Below the pieces are notes generated by a model. That model did not search any database. It was not told where the DNA came from and saw only the letters and a program-made list of their open reading frames with translations. Of a stretch of DNA of 64,000 nt, positions 1 to 14,044 are shown in pieces; position 1 is the stretch's first letter, and the number at the start of each line of letters is the position of its first letter. The DNA lies in NCBI RefSeq assembly GCF_006345805.1, contig NC_043004.1, forward strand, positions 42,780,001-42,844,000. The letters are read 5' to 3'. The translations under genes were made by a program, and so were the position numbers. Origin of the DNA: Octopus sinensis (Eukaryota).

Positions 1-630
1 AATAAGAGATCCACATAAAAGCATATCTAGGTCCTGACGTATATATACAAACACCATAATAATAAAATTCGGATAAAGGATATGCAAAATAGAACACTCT
101 ATATGAAATTATCTATAAATGAAACGATTATAATGGGTCTATAAAATACAATAAAATGAAATAAAATGAAATAATAGTAGAATGTTAAACCAGAAAAAAT
201 ATATGCATATAACAGTCGAAGATTTTTTTTAAGGAATATGTCGAAATATATACAATATGTTATCGATGCGAAATAAATCATGTATTATAAGAAGCAAATT
301 CAACAGTCTGATTAAAAAACTAGTCCACAAATCAAAAAATATATACACTATTGTTAGCTGCCATTTTAAATTTAGTTGCGTGCCTGCAGGAATTCAAGGG
401 TTTGCTTCTTTGATTTAAAGAGTTATTGTCTTGTAACAAAATATAATATTTTTCCAGGAGACATAAATCACATTAGATGAGTATTTTATGGGCACGGTGC
501 CTGTAAGATGAAGCCCTATCTAAAATTCAGAGCTTTTGTTATATACCTGCTGCTTTTAAATAAAGCATATTGCTCTCATTCTGGTATTTGAGTACTCTTT
601 CTTCCACATCGTGCTTAGTCTGTTAAGTAT

Positions 631-671
631 ATGTGTGTGTGTGTATTTATTTATTTATATATGTATATATA

Positions 672-765
<94 letters not shown>
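631..765. repeat. (TG)/(TA)n microsatellite
   Basis: Direct reading of the TA dinucleotide tract; ORFs 631..885 and 633..833 are just its translation (IY repeats). Confidence 0.95.
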
Positions 766-767
<2 letters not shown>

Positions 768-1731
768 TTTTACTCTTTTACTCGTTTTAGCAATGCGGCT
801 GCGTTCATGCCCCAGCACCTACAGTGTAATTAAATATAATCCTCCAATCAATTTCCAACCATTAAGCTGGATATATGTCGGATAATTATATATTTTGTTA
901 TTGGATTTTAGATGACAACAATGCGAAGACTATTACAAACGAAAATCTCAGGGGACATAGTAGGGAAAAACCTGTGAATTTCAATAAAAATATGGAGAAT
1001 GATTTATGAAAATTTGACCCTACATGGTTGGCTGAAATCTTAGACTGGACAAACCACTCAAATTCATTGATAACAATTCAAACGAAGAATTAATAATGCG
1101 ATCTCCTGTCGTCTATTATTTATAGGTTCTTCGATAAACATCTGCGGATGTTTGCCAGGTGTGTGAGGGCCAGTTCCACATAGTGTATAGAAGAAATATT
1201 CAGACTCTTGGATTTCTGTGCCTTATTGACGCCTAGCACGTTTCAAGAAACAGCGCTTACCGCCGTTGCTACACCTTGAAACAAAGTATAATAGTAAGGC
1301 TCAGAATGATCGTACACCTATGTAGGAATATTGCCCACATCTCAGTCTAATCCCACCCTCACGAAATGAATATCTCTTTATATGATCTAGTTCTAAGTAT
1401 ATCCAAACAACGCAAAAATGAAGGATAATGTTTCCTTGTGTTATATAAAATACTTGATGTGTGATCTACAACAAAAATGTGATTTTTTTTACAAAGTAAG
1501 GAATTGTTTTTGCTGAAAGTTCAAACATTTGGTTTCAAAAACTCCTAAAATAAATAATATACCAGTTTTAATCATGCGTTAGTAGTGTGAATTTCCATAG
1601 ACTATTAATAAAATAATTTCTATTTCCATTGACATATTGATTTATTTTTATTCAACCATTGTGAAAACAGACTGAGCTGTACGGAGACCAACTCACCATA
1701 TGTTTGTTACTTTTTAACAATATACTGTATA

Positions 1732-1891
1732 TATGCTTTATTAAAAAGTAGCAAAAATATCATTAAAACTGTTACCCATACTTTCTTGTTCCCGTTCGTC
1801 CGACGAACGGGAACCTGAGACACTTAGTAACTCTTAGTAACATGTAATTCTTATTTTTTCAGATATTTTTGCTGCTTTTTAATAAGGCATG
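1732..1891. mobile_element. Short MITE-like element with 30-bp terminal inverted repeats and a central palindrome
   Basis: 1732-1761 TATGCTTTATTAAAAAGTAGCAAAAATATC vs reverse complement of 1862-1891 CATGCCTTATTAAAAAGCAGCAAAAATATC (27/30). Internal 13-bp-arm palindrome at 1788-1814. A related lone TIR lies at about 549-570. Confidence 0.6.
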
Positions 1892-1894
1892 TTA

Positions 1895-2271
1895 CTCTAC
1901 CTATGTTTCGCATAAGTAGCTAAACACAGAGAGGACAAACAAAGACAGACAAACGTATTAAGTCGATTATATCGAAAGCAGTGCGTAACTGGTGCTTATT
2001 TAATCGACGCCGAAAGGATGAAAGGTAAAGTCGAAATACCTATTTCTCTACTACCCACAAGGGGCTAGACACAGAGGAGATAAACAAGGACAAACAAACG
2101 GATTAAGTCGATTATATCTACCCCAGTGCGTACTTTGTACTTATTTAATCGACCCCGAAAAGATGAAAGACAAAGTCAACCTCGGCGGAATTTGAACTCA
2201 GAACGTAACGGCAGACGAAATACCGCTAAGCATTTCGCCAGGCGTGCTAACGGTTCTGCCAGCTCGCCGCC
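1895..2271 (-). mobile_element. tRNA-derived SINE family A: one truncated copy (about 1895-2035) plus one full-length copy (about 2038-2271)
   Basis: Minus strand reads GGCGGCGAGCTGGCAGAA (A-box-like) ... GAGTTCAAATTCC (B-box-like) ... CTTTCATCTTTTCGGGGTCGA ... AGTAC. Near-identical copies at 31568-31800, 32917-33147 and 54485-54715. Confidence 0.9.
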
Positions 2272-2566
2272 TTCTACTACTATCATACCACTCCCGCTTT
2301 CTTTTATTATCCTTTCTCTTCTTTTTCTCCTTCCTCTCCTTCCTCTTCTTCTTCCTCTCCGCCACCCTTACTTTACTACTACTGCTGCTGAGAATAACAC
2401 CCACACAAATATTAAAAACAATACAGTCAAAAGAGATACCTCAAGAATTCAATCCGCAAAAAAGTCACTTTCAGGGCACTTGACCATTTAACATCATAAT
2501 ACTATCATACCACTCCCGCATTCATGATGATGTGTTCATCTCCTGGCACTGCGACATCGATTCTTC

Positions 2567-2820
2567 TACTTCTTCTTCTTCTTCTTCTTCTACTTCTTCT
2601 TCTTCTTCTTCTTCTTCTCTTCTTCTCCTTCTTCTTCTTCTTCTTCTTCTTTTTCTTTCTCTTCTTCTTCTTCTTCTTCTTCTACTTCTTCTTCTTCTTC
2701 TCGTCCTCCTCTCCTTCTTCTTCTTCTTCTCCTTCTCCTTCTCCTCCTTCTCCTTCTCCTTCTCCTCCTTCTTCTTCTCCTCCTCTCCTACTCCTCCTTC
2801 TTCGTCTTCTTCTTCTTCTC
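2567..2820. repeat. (CTT)n / pyrimidine-rich microsatellite
   Basis: Direct reading; it explains the poly-L/F/S ORFs 2524..2826 and 2532..2867. Confidence 0.95.
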
Positions 2821-2916
2821 TGCTAAGAATTCACAATGACCTCGAACCCACGAGAGTAAAAAAGTGATATAGAGATTGGCAGATACAAGGAAAATGCCCC
2901 TTTTATTTGAATATTA

Positions 2917-3274
2917 TTTTACTCTTTTACTTGTTTCATTCATGTGACTGTGGCCATGCTGGAGCACCGGCTTTAGTCGAACAAATCGACCCCAGAACTT
3001 ATTCTTTGTAAGCCTAGTACTTATTCTATCGGTTTGTTTTTCCGAACTGCTAAGTTACGGGGGTGTAAAGACACCATCATCGGTAGACAAGCGATGTTGG
3101 GTGGACAAACACATACACACAAACACACACATATATGTACATATATACGACGGGCTTCTTTTAGTCTCCGTCTACCAAATCCACTCACTAGCCCAAAGTG
3201 CCACGCAGTGGGACTAAAATCGGAAGCATGATGTTCGTAAGCATGCTACCTACCACACAGCCATTTCCACGCCT
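2917..3274 (-). mobile_element. tRNA-derived SINE family B (CORE-like body, GAGTAAAA tail), internally deleted
   Basis: Colinear with copies at 49154-49541 (-) and 59836-60258 (+), but lacks the roughly 45-bp segment seen at about 49425-49465. Confidence 0.9.
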
Positions 3275-3701
3275 ATACTATGCAAATATTCTCATAAAAC
3301 ACTTTTCAACTAATTTTTCATAATTCAATTGTTTTCCACACTTAGAGCTGTAAATATCTCGATGACGGAAACCGATCAAATTATACAGTCATATATGTTC
3401 CTCAAAGATAAGGGTGTTAGTTTCAACATCCAGTGGAAGTGTCAACACATGTATAAAACTAATTCTCAATCATACTCTCATAAAGTGAGAGAGCTTGTCA
3501 TCGCTGAAGTCACAAACCGCGATAGTAGAACATTGAGAAACAAACAAAATAGCGATTGTTTAACCAACACAACACACTACAAAAAAGATAGCCGGTTAGA
3601 GATTTAAGAGACTAAGAAGGAATAAGTGATTTTGAACCAGTGAGTCCGTTTATATTTTTGTCGCTATGAACGACTCTCTGAAAACATAACTATATATATA
3701 T

Positions 3702-3744
<43 letters not shown>

Positions 3745-3873
3745 TATATATATATAATAAAAGCAATTAAGATTCAAGTCAATTCTAATGAATTTACTTG
3801 AATGCGGTACTTAACTTAGATGCACCAGAAAACTATATGGTGTTAACCATACAGTAATGTGGGGTGATTATAA

Positions 3874-4034
3874 ACGAGAAAGAAGCAACAAGAATGGATT
3901 AGTTTTTAGTACAATTGTTTCATACAATTGTTTCATACAATAGATTTTGCAACTTTTTGCAACTTTTAATAAAGCCTGTCTTTATATGAAACAGTTGTAC
4001 TAAAACCTAATCCATTCTTGTTGCTTCTTTCTCG

Positions 4035-4035
<1 letters not shown>
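3874..4035. mobile_element. MITE with 51-bp terminal inverted repeats, abutting a (TA)n tract
   Basis: 3874-3924 vs reverse complement of 3985-4035: 49/51 identical (ACGAGAAAGAAGCAACAAGAATGGATTAG...). The right end is followed by TA, consistent with Tc1/mariner-type TA targeting. Confidence 0.7.
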
Positions 4036-4123
<88 letters not shown>

Positions 4124-4149
4124 ACGTATGTATGTGTGTATGCATGTAT

Positions 4150-4340
4150 GTATATCTGTTTGTTATCCACCATCCCCGCTTGGCAACTGGTGTTTTGTTT
4201 TCATCCCAGTAACTTAGCTGTTCGGGAGATAGTAATCGATAGATTACGTACTAGGCTTAAAGAAGTAAATGCTGGAGTCGAGTTTTTGATTACAAGTCTT
4301 TGAGGCAGTGCTTCCAGCATGTAAAAGAATAAAAGAATAC
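4150..4340 (+). mobile_element. SINE family B, decayed 3' half
   Basis: AACTTAGCTGTTCGG...GTACTAGGCTTAAAG...GCAGTGCTTCCAGCATG followed by a TAAAAGAATAAAAGAA tail, matching 60100-60250. Confidence 0.7.
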
Positions 4341-4827
4341 GTACATGTGTATATATAGTATTCTGTTTACTTACATACACATCCTAATAACTTTCCATTG
4401 ATCTATAATTAATTTCTTTGAAATTTCTTTTTAAAGTTTACTTCAAATTAGGCTTCTCATATTTCATTTTTATTTCCTCTTTATGAAATTTGGTTTTTGA
4501 TAAAAACCGAATTTAAATAAAGTGGTATCCTAAACATTTTGATATATTACAGATCATTCCCATCCCCTGCTCAACACAGACACATACCGAAAGATATAAC
4601 CACACACTTCCATACACAATCTCCCACACATTTACACAAAAATACATTCATTCAGTTTAATTTCTCTATCTTTCTCTCTCTCTTCTCATTCTCTATTACA
4701 TGTACCTTACTGCCGCATTCCTTTTTTATTCATTTTCTGTATTTCTCAATATTGTCTCTGCATTTAAATCATAATGCATTTAAAAAATTTTCTCTGATTA
4801 CGTTTTTGACATTTGTTCACTCCTTAA

Positions 4828-4829
<2 letters not shown>

Positions 4830-4892
<63 letters not shown>

Positions 4893-4959
4893 ATTATCAT
4901 TATTATTATTATCATTATTATTATTATTATTATATATTATTATTATTATTATTATTATA

Positions 4960-5026
<67 letters not shown>

Positions 5027-5037
5027 CATTATTATTA

Positions 5038-5072
<35 letters not shown>
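4830..5072. repeat. (ATT)n microsatellite
   Basis: Direct reading; it explains the poly-Y/I/L ORF 4539..5153. Confidence 0.95.
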
Positions 5073-7074
5073 TGTATATGTATTAGTTTCTACAGTGCTA
5101 TAAATATTCATCATTGTTATAATTTTAATTTTCTTTTCTATTTTCTATTTTGAAAATATTGCTAGTCGACTTATGAATAATTAAGTATCCATGTGGCCAG
5201 ATACTTTATTATCCAATTTCCTTAAAGTTTAGCCAATATCCTTAAAATAAAAGCTTCAGTCAGTTCAGTGCTATATCGGCATTTGTTTCTTTACATTTTT
5301 ACTGAAAACTAGTATCAGCGACAAACAAATTCTCTATGTTCTGTTTTTGTATGGCATGTAGTGTAATTACTTATTCGCTGTCAATTAGTGATTCTTCCAT
5401 AATTCTACTTCAGCAAGTACATGTGTTAAACATCTCTGGATATATCACTCTTACTCGCCGAAGAACCAGGAATAATTTTAGACAATAATAATAAGATGAT
5501 TCAATTTTTCTTTCACCGTGTAATTATTTAGAAATAGTTTTCAAACGGTTGTTGTATTAAATACGATAACATTAATTTGACTATCATTTACATGTGCTGT
5601 TAACACATATATATTTCTTCTGAATACACGAAGATTTCTGTTTCAACGCTATCATATAAACAGAGTTACCTTGCTTGTCTCCAGAAAAAATGCCTCCCGT
5701 AAGACATTAATTGAGACTTGCATTGTAAATTAAGACGATTTTCCTTTTTTCGCATATGCTTCTAGAATAGTAGCAATCAGTGACAATCAAATATATATTT
5801 TCAAATGTGTAGTTTGAATAAACTACTATCGAGTGTAATCCAATTTAAAAAAAAAATGTAGTCTATTATTTCGGTAAAAATCAACTGCTCCATATGAGAG
5901 GTTCAAAAATTGTAGTGTTGTCTATTTCTTCAAATGAATCGAAAAAAATAATCTTTCTCAGATAATTTATTATATAAGAAGTATATATTCAACTCATACA
6001 AGTGAATAAGATTAACCTCTTCTTTGAATTACCGATAGTGCTTTTAACAAAACGAGGTAGTATTGCTTTTATGGTTAGCAAAATCTATAAGGTGGCTGGT
6101 ATTGGTGCCACGAATATTGTATAAGTGCCAAACATTTCTTTGCTTTCATGTTGCATGATTTGCTTCACTGCACATGCACTACTTAAAGGCCTTCTATTTA
6201 GTCACACCCCCACGCTCCAGCGCATTACTTGTGTCATATGAAAAAGCATCAGCTACAACCGTTCTTTTCCCACACATTTGAGGAGCTTAAACGTAGTCAT
6301 TAGACCAGCGTATAACAGCACCAACATCTTTCTATTCCCGTGGTATTGTGCTTACAAGAGATGACGTACATATTGAATATAATAATCTGAGATTATCTAT
6401 GCTTATATGGTTAGATGGCCTCAGTACCGCCCAGTCAGTGTTGAATGTATGTGCGCATGCATGTATGTGTTATATTTATGCGCACGTATTTGCGTGTATG
6501 AATACATTTACAGATGCGCGTGTATGTGTATATTCTACCACAATAGAGGGAGGAAAAGAAAATTATCCAGAAAGAGTTTAATATTTAAACATATTACAAA
6601 CGGAAATACTGACAAATTAGATGGTATCAGTGAATATTAATCAATTGGTATATACTGGTATTCAATAAAGGAATACTGAGGTAACAGAACATGCTAACTA
6701 TCAATTAATTTAATTGAAATCCAAGCAGTAGTGAATATACCAGTATTGTTATATATGATCGAAGTATGGATTTATAAAGGTACAAATATTAGATGTATTT
6801 TATAAATAAATATATATATAGGCTATCATAAAATAATAAAGAAATAAAATAATCAGGTAGGGCAAAACACCATAGAAAAGGAATAAAATGACTTGATCAC
6901 TAAAAACATGATAAAGTATATGCAGCTTATTATCCACAATAGAGAAGATGTATAGAAAATGTATAATAATTAAAAATAATGAAGGGTGAAATTAATTAAT
7001 TTGGAAAAATTATCAATTACACCAAGTAGTCTTCGGCATGTAAAAGCTTCATTCGAGGAAAATTTAAGTAATAC

Positions 7075-7213
7075 TAAGCAATAAGGGTTTAGCAACGAGT
7101 TGCCTTTTACTGAGATCTCCCTTCTTAGTAGAAGAAATAGCTATAACCCTTTGACTGCTATTTCTAAATTCGGTATGTGGTAAGGCAACTCGTTGCTAAA
7201 CCCTTATTGCTTA
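7075..7213. repeat. Perfect 32-bp inverted repeat (MITE-like/fold-back)
   Basis: 7075-7106 TAAGCAATAAGGGTTTAGCAACGAGTTGCCTT is the exact reverse complement of 7182-7213; 75-bp spacer. Confidence 0.85.
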
Positions 7214-7275
7214 ATAATTAAAAATATACTAACCTAAAAATTATATTGGTATATACTCAGAAGTATTCATAAAAC

Positions 7276-7278
<3 letters not shown>

Positions 7279-7344
<66 letters not shown>

Positions 7345-7476
7345 ATATATTATATATATACATACATATATATATATAATATATATATATACATACATAC
7401 TTACATATATATATATATATATATATACATATATAGATACATAAATAAACATACACACACACATACACCCATATAT

Positions 7477-7508
<32 letters not shown>

Positions 7509-7510
7509 CA
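7279..7510. repeat. (TA)n/(CA)n microsatellite mosaic
   Basis: Direct reading. Confidence 0.95.
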
Positions 7511-7985
7511 TGAGGGATAACCAGAAAGTCGACATCCGTGAGGCTAGAAGTGGACTACATATGGCCTTACATCTAAGAAAGGCTTGTTCGCGAGAAAACT
7601 TAGCAAATGCCAGAAGAAAGCGAGCAAGACAAATGAAAAGATACAAAATATGAAGATTAATCACAAACCCCAAATGTAATAGGTAGAAATGTATACATAT
7701 TCAGTCTGATGCGGACATCACGTGTATAGTTCTGAAAATTAAATTTTGCTAAGACGATCACACTGATGAGTTGCGGAAAATTACGTATGTAATTACTTAA
7801 GCGGTAACAACGAAATCGGGTTTGTGATTAATCTTTATATTTTCCGTCTTTTCATTTGTCTTGTTCACTTACGTTCTGGCGTTTGCTAAATTTTCTCGAG
7901 AATAATCCTTTCTTAGTGGAAAGACAATAGGTGGTCTACTTCTAGAATAATGGATGTCCACTTAGTGTTCATCACTCAAAAATGT
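7507..7985. mobile_element. Old MITE with long (about 145-165 bp) diverged terminal inverted repeats, probably Tc1/mariner-derived
   Basis: 7526-7670 aligns by eye with the reverse complement of 7818-7963 (shared blocks GACATCC, CTAAGAAAGG, CGAGAAAA, TTAGCAAA, CAAGACAAATGAAAAGA, AAGATTAATCACAAACCC). The left end TACATGAGGGATAACCAGAAAGT resembles a mariner TA-CGAGGG start. Confidence 0.65.
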
Positions 7986-8096
7986 ATGTAATATAATTTT
8001 TTCTGAAACTTCAGATTTTTCAGTATGCTAGTCCACAGGTTTTAAATTAATATTAATCAAATTAATCTTCAATTTTTCATATTTATTATTTTAAAC

Positions 8097-8129
<33 letters not shown>

Positions 8130-8393
8130 ATTCTTTTACTTGAATGATTATCGTCTGAAAATTTTGAGTCTGCCTTCTCTGCTTTCATTAATACATGTAT
8201 ATGCATATTTTGTACATCGGAACCTTCAGTGATTCTCGCCATCCTCACGAATCTTTACCCTGCTGATCAGGTCCGTATTAACATATCAGAGCATAAGGTC
8301 GAGTTATATAAGCGTTACAATGTTTTTTCTATATCGAAATTTTTAATTTCATCTGCTAACTCTACACACACACACAAATACACACATATATTA

Positions 8394-8645
8394 GCGATGG
8401 TGTGGTTGCGTGTTAAGAAGGTTGCTTCCCAAGAAAATGGTTCCGAGTTCAGTACCATTGCATGTCTCTTTGGGTGTCTTTCACTATAGACTCGGGCCGA
8501 ACAAGTCCCGGTGAGTGGATTTGATAGACGGAAACTGAAGGAAGCCCGTCGTGTATGTATATATTTATATGTGTATGTTTGTCTCTTCCAGGCGGTACTT
8601 CATGGCTACACTAAAATGACTGAAACAATTAAAAGAATAAAATAA
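8394..8645 (+). mobile_element. SINE family B, internally deleted
   Basis: Head GGTTCCGAGTTCAGTACCA, body GTGAGTGGATTTGATAGACGGAAACTGAAGGAAGCCCGTCG, tail GGCGGTACTTCATGGCTACA...ATGACTGAAACAA. Confidence 0.8.
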
Positions 8646-8653
8646 TATTGGTG

Positions 8654-8654
<1 letters not shown>

Positions 8655-8685
<31 letters not shown>

Positions 8686-8785
8686 TGTATGTATGTATGT
8701 ATGTATGCATGCATGTATGTATGTATGTAAGTATGTATGTATGTATGTATGTATGTATGTATGTATGTATGTATGTATGTATATG
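8655..8785. repeat. (ATGT)n microsatellite
   Basis: Direct reading. Confidence 0.95.
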
Positions 8786-8799
8786 CATATTTCTGTGTC

Positions 8800-8837
8800 C
8801 CTTTCTGTAGAAGAGCGTAGGCTCGAAACGTAAAAGG
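8800..8837 (+). ncRNA. Minimal type-I hammerhead-ribozyme-like motif (variant core) at the head of a short microsatellite-flanked repeat (about 8790-8928)
   Basis: CCUUU-CUGUAGA-A-GAGC(GUAG)GCUC-GAAA-CG-U-A^AAAGG: 5-bp stem I, 4-bp stem II, palindromic ACGU stem III, GUA triplet. Core position 6 is U instead of A. The downstream part recurs at about 13645-13735. Confidence 0.5.
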
Positions 8838-8924
8838 CTTTTTCTGTTCCAGAGCGTTATACTAATACATCTGTTTGTTTTGTACACCACCTGTCTTCGT
8901 CTTTCGTTTTTTTTCGTAAACTCT

Positions 8925-9120
<196 letters not shown>

Positions 9121-9694
9121 TAATGTATAAATACATACGGATATTCTAATGGAATATTTCAAATAACCGTCATCTGTCAGGGCATTCTATGCGATATCTT
9201 ATTATTTTAGATTGTTAATTTCAAGTAAATACATTTCCTTACATTTTAATTTTCTCATCTCTTAATTATTTTCTCGTTTGTGTTGTGATTACAACGTTTC
9301 AATATATATAGGTAATTGTCCATTTATACATTTTTATTTCTCTGAAATGCTCACCTAACACCCGGAACTAAAATGTATTTCTTGCACGAAATGTATAAAT
9401 AAATGTGGCATAATCTGCAAGGTAAATAACTTTCGGTAGACTTGCTTTGTTAATTAATTTCCGAGTGTAACTATTAGGACTTTATTAGCGACAGACTCAC
9501 GCGCACAAACATAAGATACTGCGACACACACACAAACACACGCAAACACAGCCTCACACACATTCACACATGCATGAATACACACAGAGATATCCATACA
9601 CTCGCATACATGCCCACACACCGACGCACAAATATAAGTGTTTGTGCTTTTGTGTGTTTAGTGTATAGTCATATATAAATAGATGGATTTCGGT

Positions 9695-9729
<35 letters not shown>

Positions 9730-9770
9730 CACGGACACACACACACATACACACACACATATATATATAC

Positions 9771-9822
<52 letters not shown>

Positions 9823-10443
9823 TATGTATATACATACATACATTAATATATGCGCGCGTAATTAGAGGCATACATATATGTGAGTGTTTGGATACATATA
9901 ATAATGATATAATATTGGTTAAATGTGTCTGTACGTAGGTGTCTTTCTCGATAATGAGACGCATGGCTAGATAAAAATCACATTGCAATAATATCACCAT
10001 CTTGGTCACCTATTCCGAACCAAAATTAGTATGGTTGATCAATCATTATTTCCTCATAGGTTTGTTATAAAATTACCTCGGAATAGAAAATAACTAATTC
10101 ATTTTGTATTTTTATTAAGCACTGTAATGAAAGTCTTGGAAATAATAGGCAATATTATGTTATTTATTATTTAAATACAAAATCAACATATGCCAAAACT
10201 TTTACATTAGCACCAATTAATTGTACGTGTCTAAAGGTTTGGGGAATCGGTAACAGCTATTAATATCTTTTTGATGCTTCATTATATTTTGCTGAATATA
10301 GAAAAGTGATTAAAGATAAAGTTAGAAAAATAAACATTAACGTGCAATTACATTTAATTACCGGATTTTATTATAGAAGTGCGCTTATTTCGTGTTGGAT
10401 TTCTATTCATCATTTCGTGTATTTAAAAATTGCATGTGTGTGC

Positions 10444-10513
<70 letters not shown>

Positions 10514-12274
10514 ATAAATATAACATGCATTCCTTTGTACAATAAGTATTCGATTGCAAATGTGAAACGCGTTTGTATATATACACACACTCATGCGCTC
10601 GTGTGCTGTGTGATGATTCCAATATTTAAAACACCGTTTCGCCTTCCTTCTCTATGGACTGAATGAAAATCATTGTCATGAATATCATCAACTTTCCCAG
10701 CAAAATATTTAATAAAATACATATATGATTTTAATACTTGTTGGTTTTAATGGAATGAGAAAGTATTAAGAAAGTGATTTTCATTGTGACCTGATCCTCA
10801 TAAAATTATTCTGTCTCTATGACACGAACATTTCATATAATAAATCTGATTGATTATATTTTTGAGCCAATGCTAATATTGGTTACTAGGTTCTCTGTTG
10901 CCTTGCCTCTATTTTTAAACATTTATATTTCGTCTTGTTTTATTTTCTTTGAAAAAGACACAGTTTGAGAATTGCGGTGAATGTTACTGCATTCGGCTCC
11001 GTAGTAAAACCATGTACAGAAAGAGAAACAGCAACAAAAAAGTTAAAAACTACAAGTAGCGATAATATTTTAAAATGTGAAGTCAAGTTGAAATTTAATT
11101 ACTGTCATAGAGATAGCCGTAAAAATGTCAATAAGATTTATTATTGTTGTTGATTTGTGGTATTTTTCAAACAACACAACTCTTTATATTTTAAGTTATT
11201 TGTGTTTTTTTTTCAAATGTGTTTTGTATTCTACCAACAATAAAATGTTGAGGTACTGGGCGGTGCAATTTACAGCTTTACATTGCAATCCTAATATTGC
11301 ACTGAGAAGCAGGTGACAACGATCACGTTAAAGTCTTTCGAAAATTAAATATTAATTTTTTTCTCCTCTAATGTAGTACTCTATAACTTTCAGTCTTTCT
11401 TGCAACTCGAAAACTACACAGACGTCAACATGATTTAGAAAGTTGATTTTTCTCAATATAATTTCTATTTCCCTTTAATTAGTTTTGGACAATTTTAATG
11501 ATGGAAATGTTTGTTAAAAGAGCTTGAAAGGAGAACAAAAAAAAATTGATAAGCATGTCTAATATTTGTGCATATTTTGAGAAGGTAGATTCTTTTACAA
11601 TTTCCTTTCTTTTTTATTTATTTATTCTGAAAAATTTAATTTGTAAACGAAGATATTGGTTCAAATACAAATGGCTGAATTTGAAATACAGGAAAAAAAG
11701 GGAATGATTTGATGGTTGAGTATAATACGGGAAGATATTTTTACCCAGCTAATATTTGTGCAACGAAATATGCATCGAAGAAAGCAATAAAGAAATATTG
11801 AGAAGTGTTGATACTTCGATCTGTGGTTTGGTTCCCCCACCATATAACATTTTTAATTTTAGGGGTATACTGACGCTAGACATACATGATATATGCTTGC
11901 AAGATGAACACACAGACGCACACGTACCAATAAAAACACAAACTGACATATATGAATAAAGAGAGAGCGTGAGTCACATAGGTTTGTGCGTATGTATATA
12001 TATTTGTGGTGTGTGTATACAGAAAGAAAGGGAAATTTGGAGCATTGCAGCGTAGGGGTCCACTACAAGGGAAAACACAGTGTCACAAAGAAATGACACT
12101 CCACATTTAGTTTCCTCTTTAAAATTCACAAACTTTATGTTATTTTTCCTATAAAGTAGAATACACAGGTGCAGGTTCGTCTGTGCGTTGAGAAGTTTGG
12201 TTCCCAATCATACGATTCCCGATTAAGTCTTACTCATTGGGATACGTTTGACGGAAATGGAAGGAATCTTGTCG

Positions 12275-12330
<56 letters not shown>

Positions 12331-12435
12331 ATATTATATATATTATATTCTATATTTTTTATTAATTAATTTTTTTCTATGTATTTGTTTATGATTTTCA
12401 CTGTTTGAGTTGCCGAATAGTGGTTTTATCTCTAA

Positions 12436-12480
<45 letters not shown>

Positions 12481-13399
12481 ATATATATATATCTGTGTGT
12501 GTGTGTGTGTGTGTGTAAATGTATGTGATTCTCAGTCTCAGTTACTCGGCGTGGATGCGTTCATATAAATTTATCAAAATGTTACTGGATTTGAGACGGA
12601 GCGGTATAGTGCTGCTTCATGAAATCAAGATTCCTGTCTTTCGGGAAATTGGTCAGTCACTACACCCTTAATATGTATATATAACTCGAAATCTTCTATG
12701 CTTTTAGTGCTGGGCCTAGAGTCGTCTGTGGAGTACATGCTGTGAGTGTACCTCCGTGTATCATTGAATACACGTTGTGGAGTCTGTCAGTATTCGTGAG
12801 TGCATAACTGGAATGCTAAATGCATAAATACGCATATGTCAGTCCACATTGCATGTTCACTGGTGTACTATTCCTCACTCTACATTGGTGATTTTACTAC
12901 TTGAATACCTGATTCTATCGGAACCTGAAACTTTTATCGCACGCACACACACACAGACACACACATACACAGGAACAATTTTATGCAATTATAAATAAGG
13001 TCAAAAATAAAAGATTTTTAGAGACTAAATCGTTTAAGCACATGAAATATTTTTAACGTATATTATTACACCATATGATTAAACGAAGCAAACATGCTAA
13101 CAGAAATCCACAAAAATCGTTTTCCCCGAATCGGTTCTGATTTCTGGATTAATCAAAAATGGATTTTTCCTTCATCAGCAAGGAACACAAAACGAAAATA
13201 AATGAAATACTTAGACATGCCCACGGAAAAACAGATGCAAAGTTAAGTACCCCAAATATATCCATATAGAAATTACGTAGTAAGCCGTGGTGTAGTAATA
13301 TAGGTGAAAATATTTTCATATGGTCAAACGATTTAGCATCTTTTTCTAATAAAATGTTTATCCTTATATTAGAAATATATATTTTATATTACATATAAA

Positions 13400-13420
13400 T
13401 ATATATATATATATATATAT

Positions 13421-13495
<75 letters not shown>

Positions 13496-13605
13496 ATGTA
13501 TGTATGTATGTATGTAATGTATGTATGTATGTATGTATGTATGTATGTATGTATGTATGTATGTGTGTGTGTGTAACTGTATGTGATTATGAGTCTATCA
13601 GTTTC

Positions 13606-13639
<34 letters not shown>

Positions 13640-13640
13640 A
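13400..13640. repeat. (TA)n/(TATG)n microsatellite mosaic
   Basis: Direct reading. Confidence 0.95.
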
Positions 13641-14044
13641 TTCTATTTCTATTCCTGAGCGCTATACTAATACATTTATTTGTTTGTACTCCACCCGCCT
13701 TCGTCTCCTGTTTATTTTCGTAAACTTTCCCGTTATATATTTATATATATATATATATATTTCTCCAAATACTTCACTTCATCGCAGAATTTACAATTCC
13801 ATATACTCTTATCAGTACGGGATTAATATTACACGCATAAAAATATATACTAATTTCAAAATATGAGCATAAATAGTTGGATGTAAATGTCACTAGTATC
13901 CAGAGAATTATTCACAGATCATAATGCTTTCTCTTTTCATTTTGCATACCATTTTCACAAAACGCCATATACGAATGCACATTCATGCGCAAGTTCCGTT
14001 GGAAGCAAGAGGACTAAAATATTTTACAATTTATATGTATTTTT

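Noticed and set aside
6040-6345. Stop-riddled minus frame faintly resembling a Kolobok/Mutator-type transposase
   Set aside because: No diagnostic motif or termini that I can verify.
11700-11900. Peptides VEYNTGRYFYPANI and EILRSVDTSICGLVPPP...RG, vaguely like DNA-transposon accessory proteins
   Set aside because: Similarity is impressionistic and split across frames; needs tBLASTn/HMM support.
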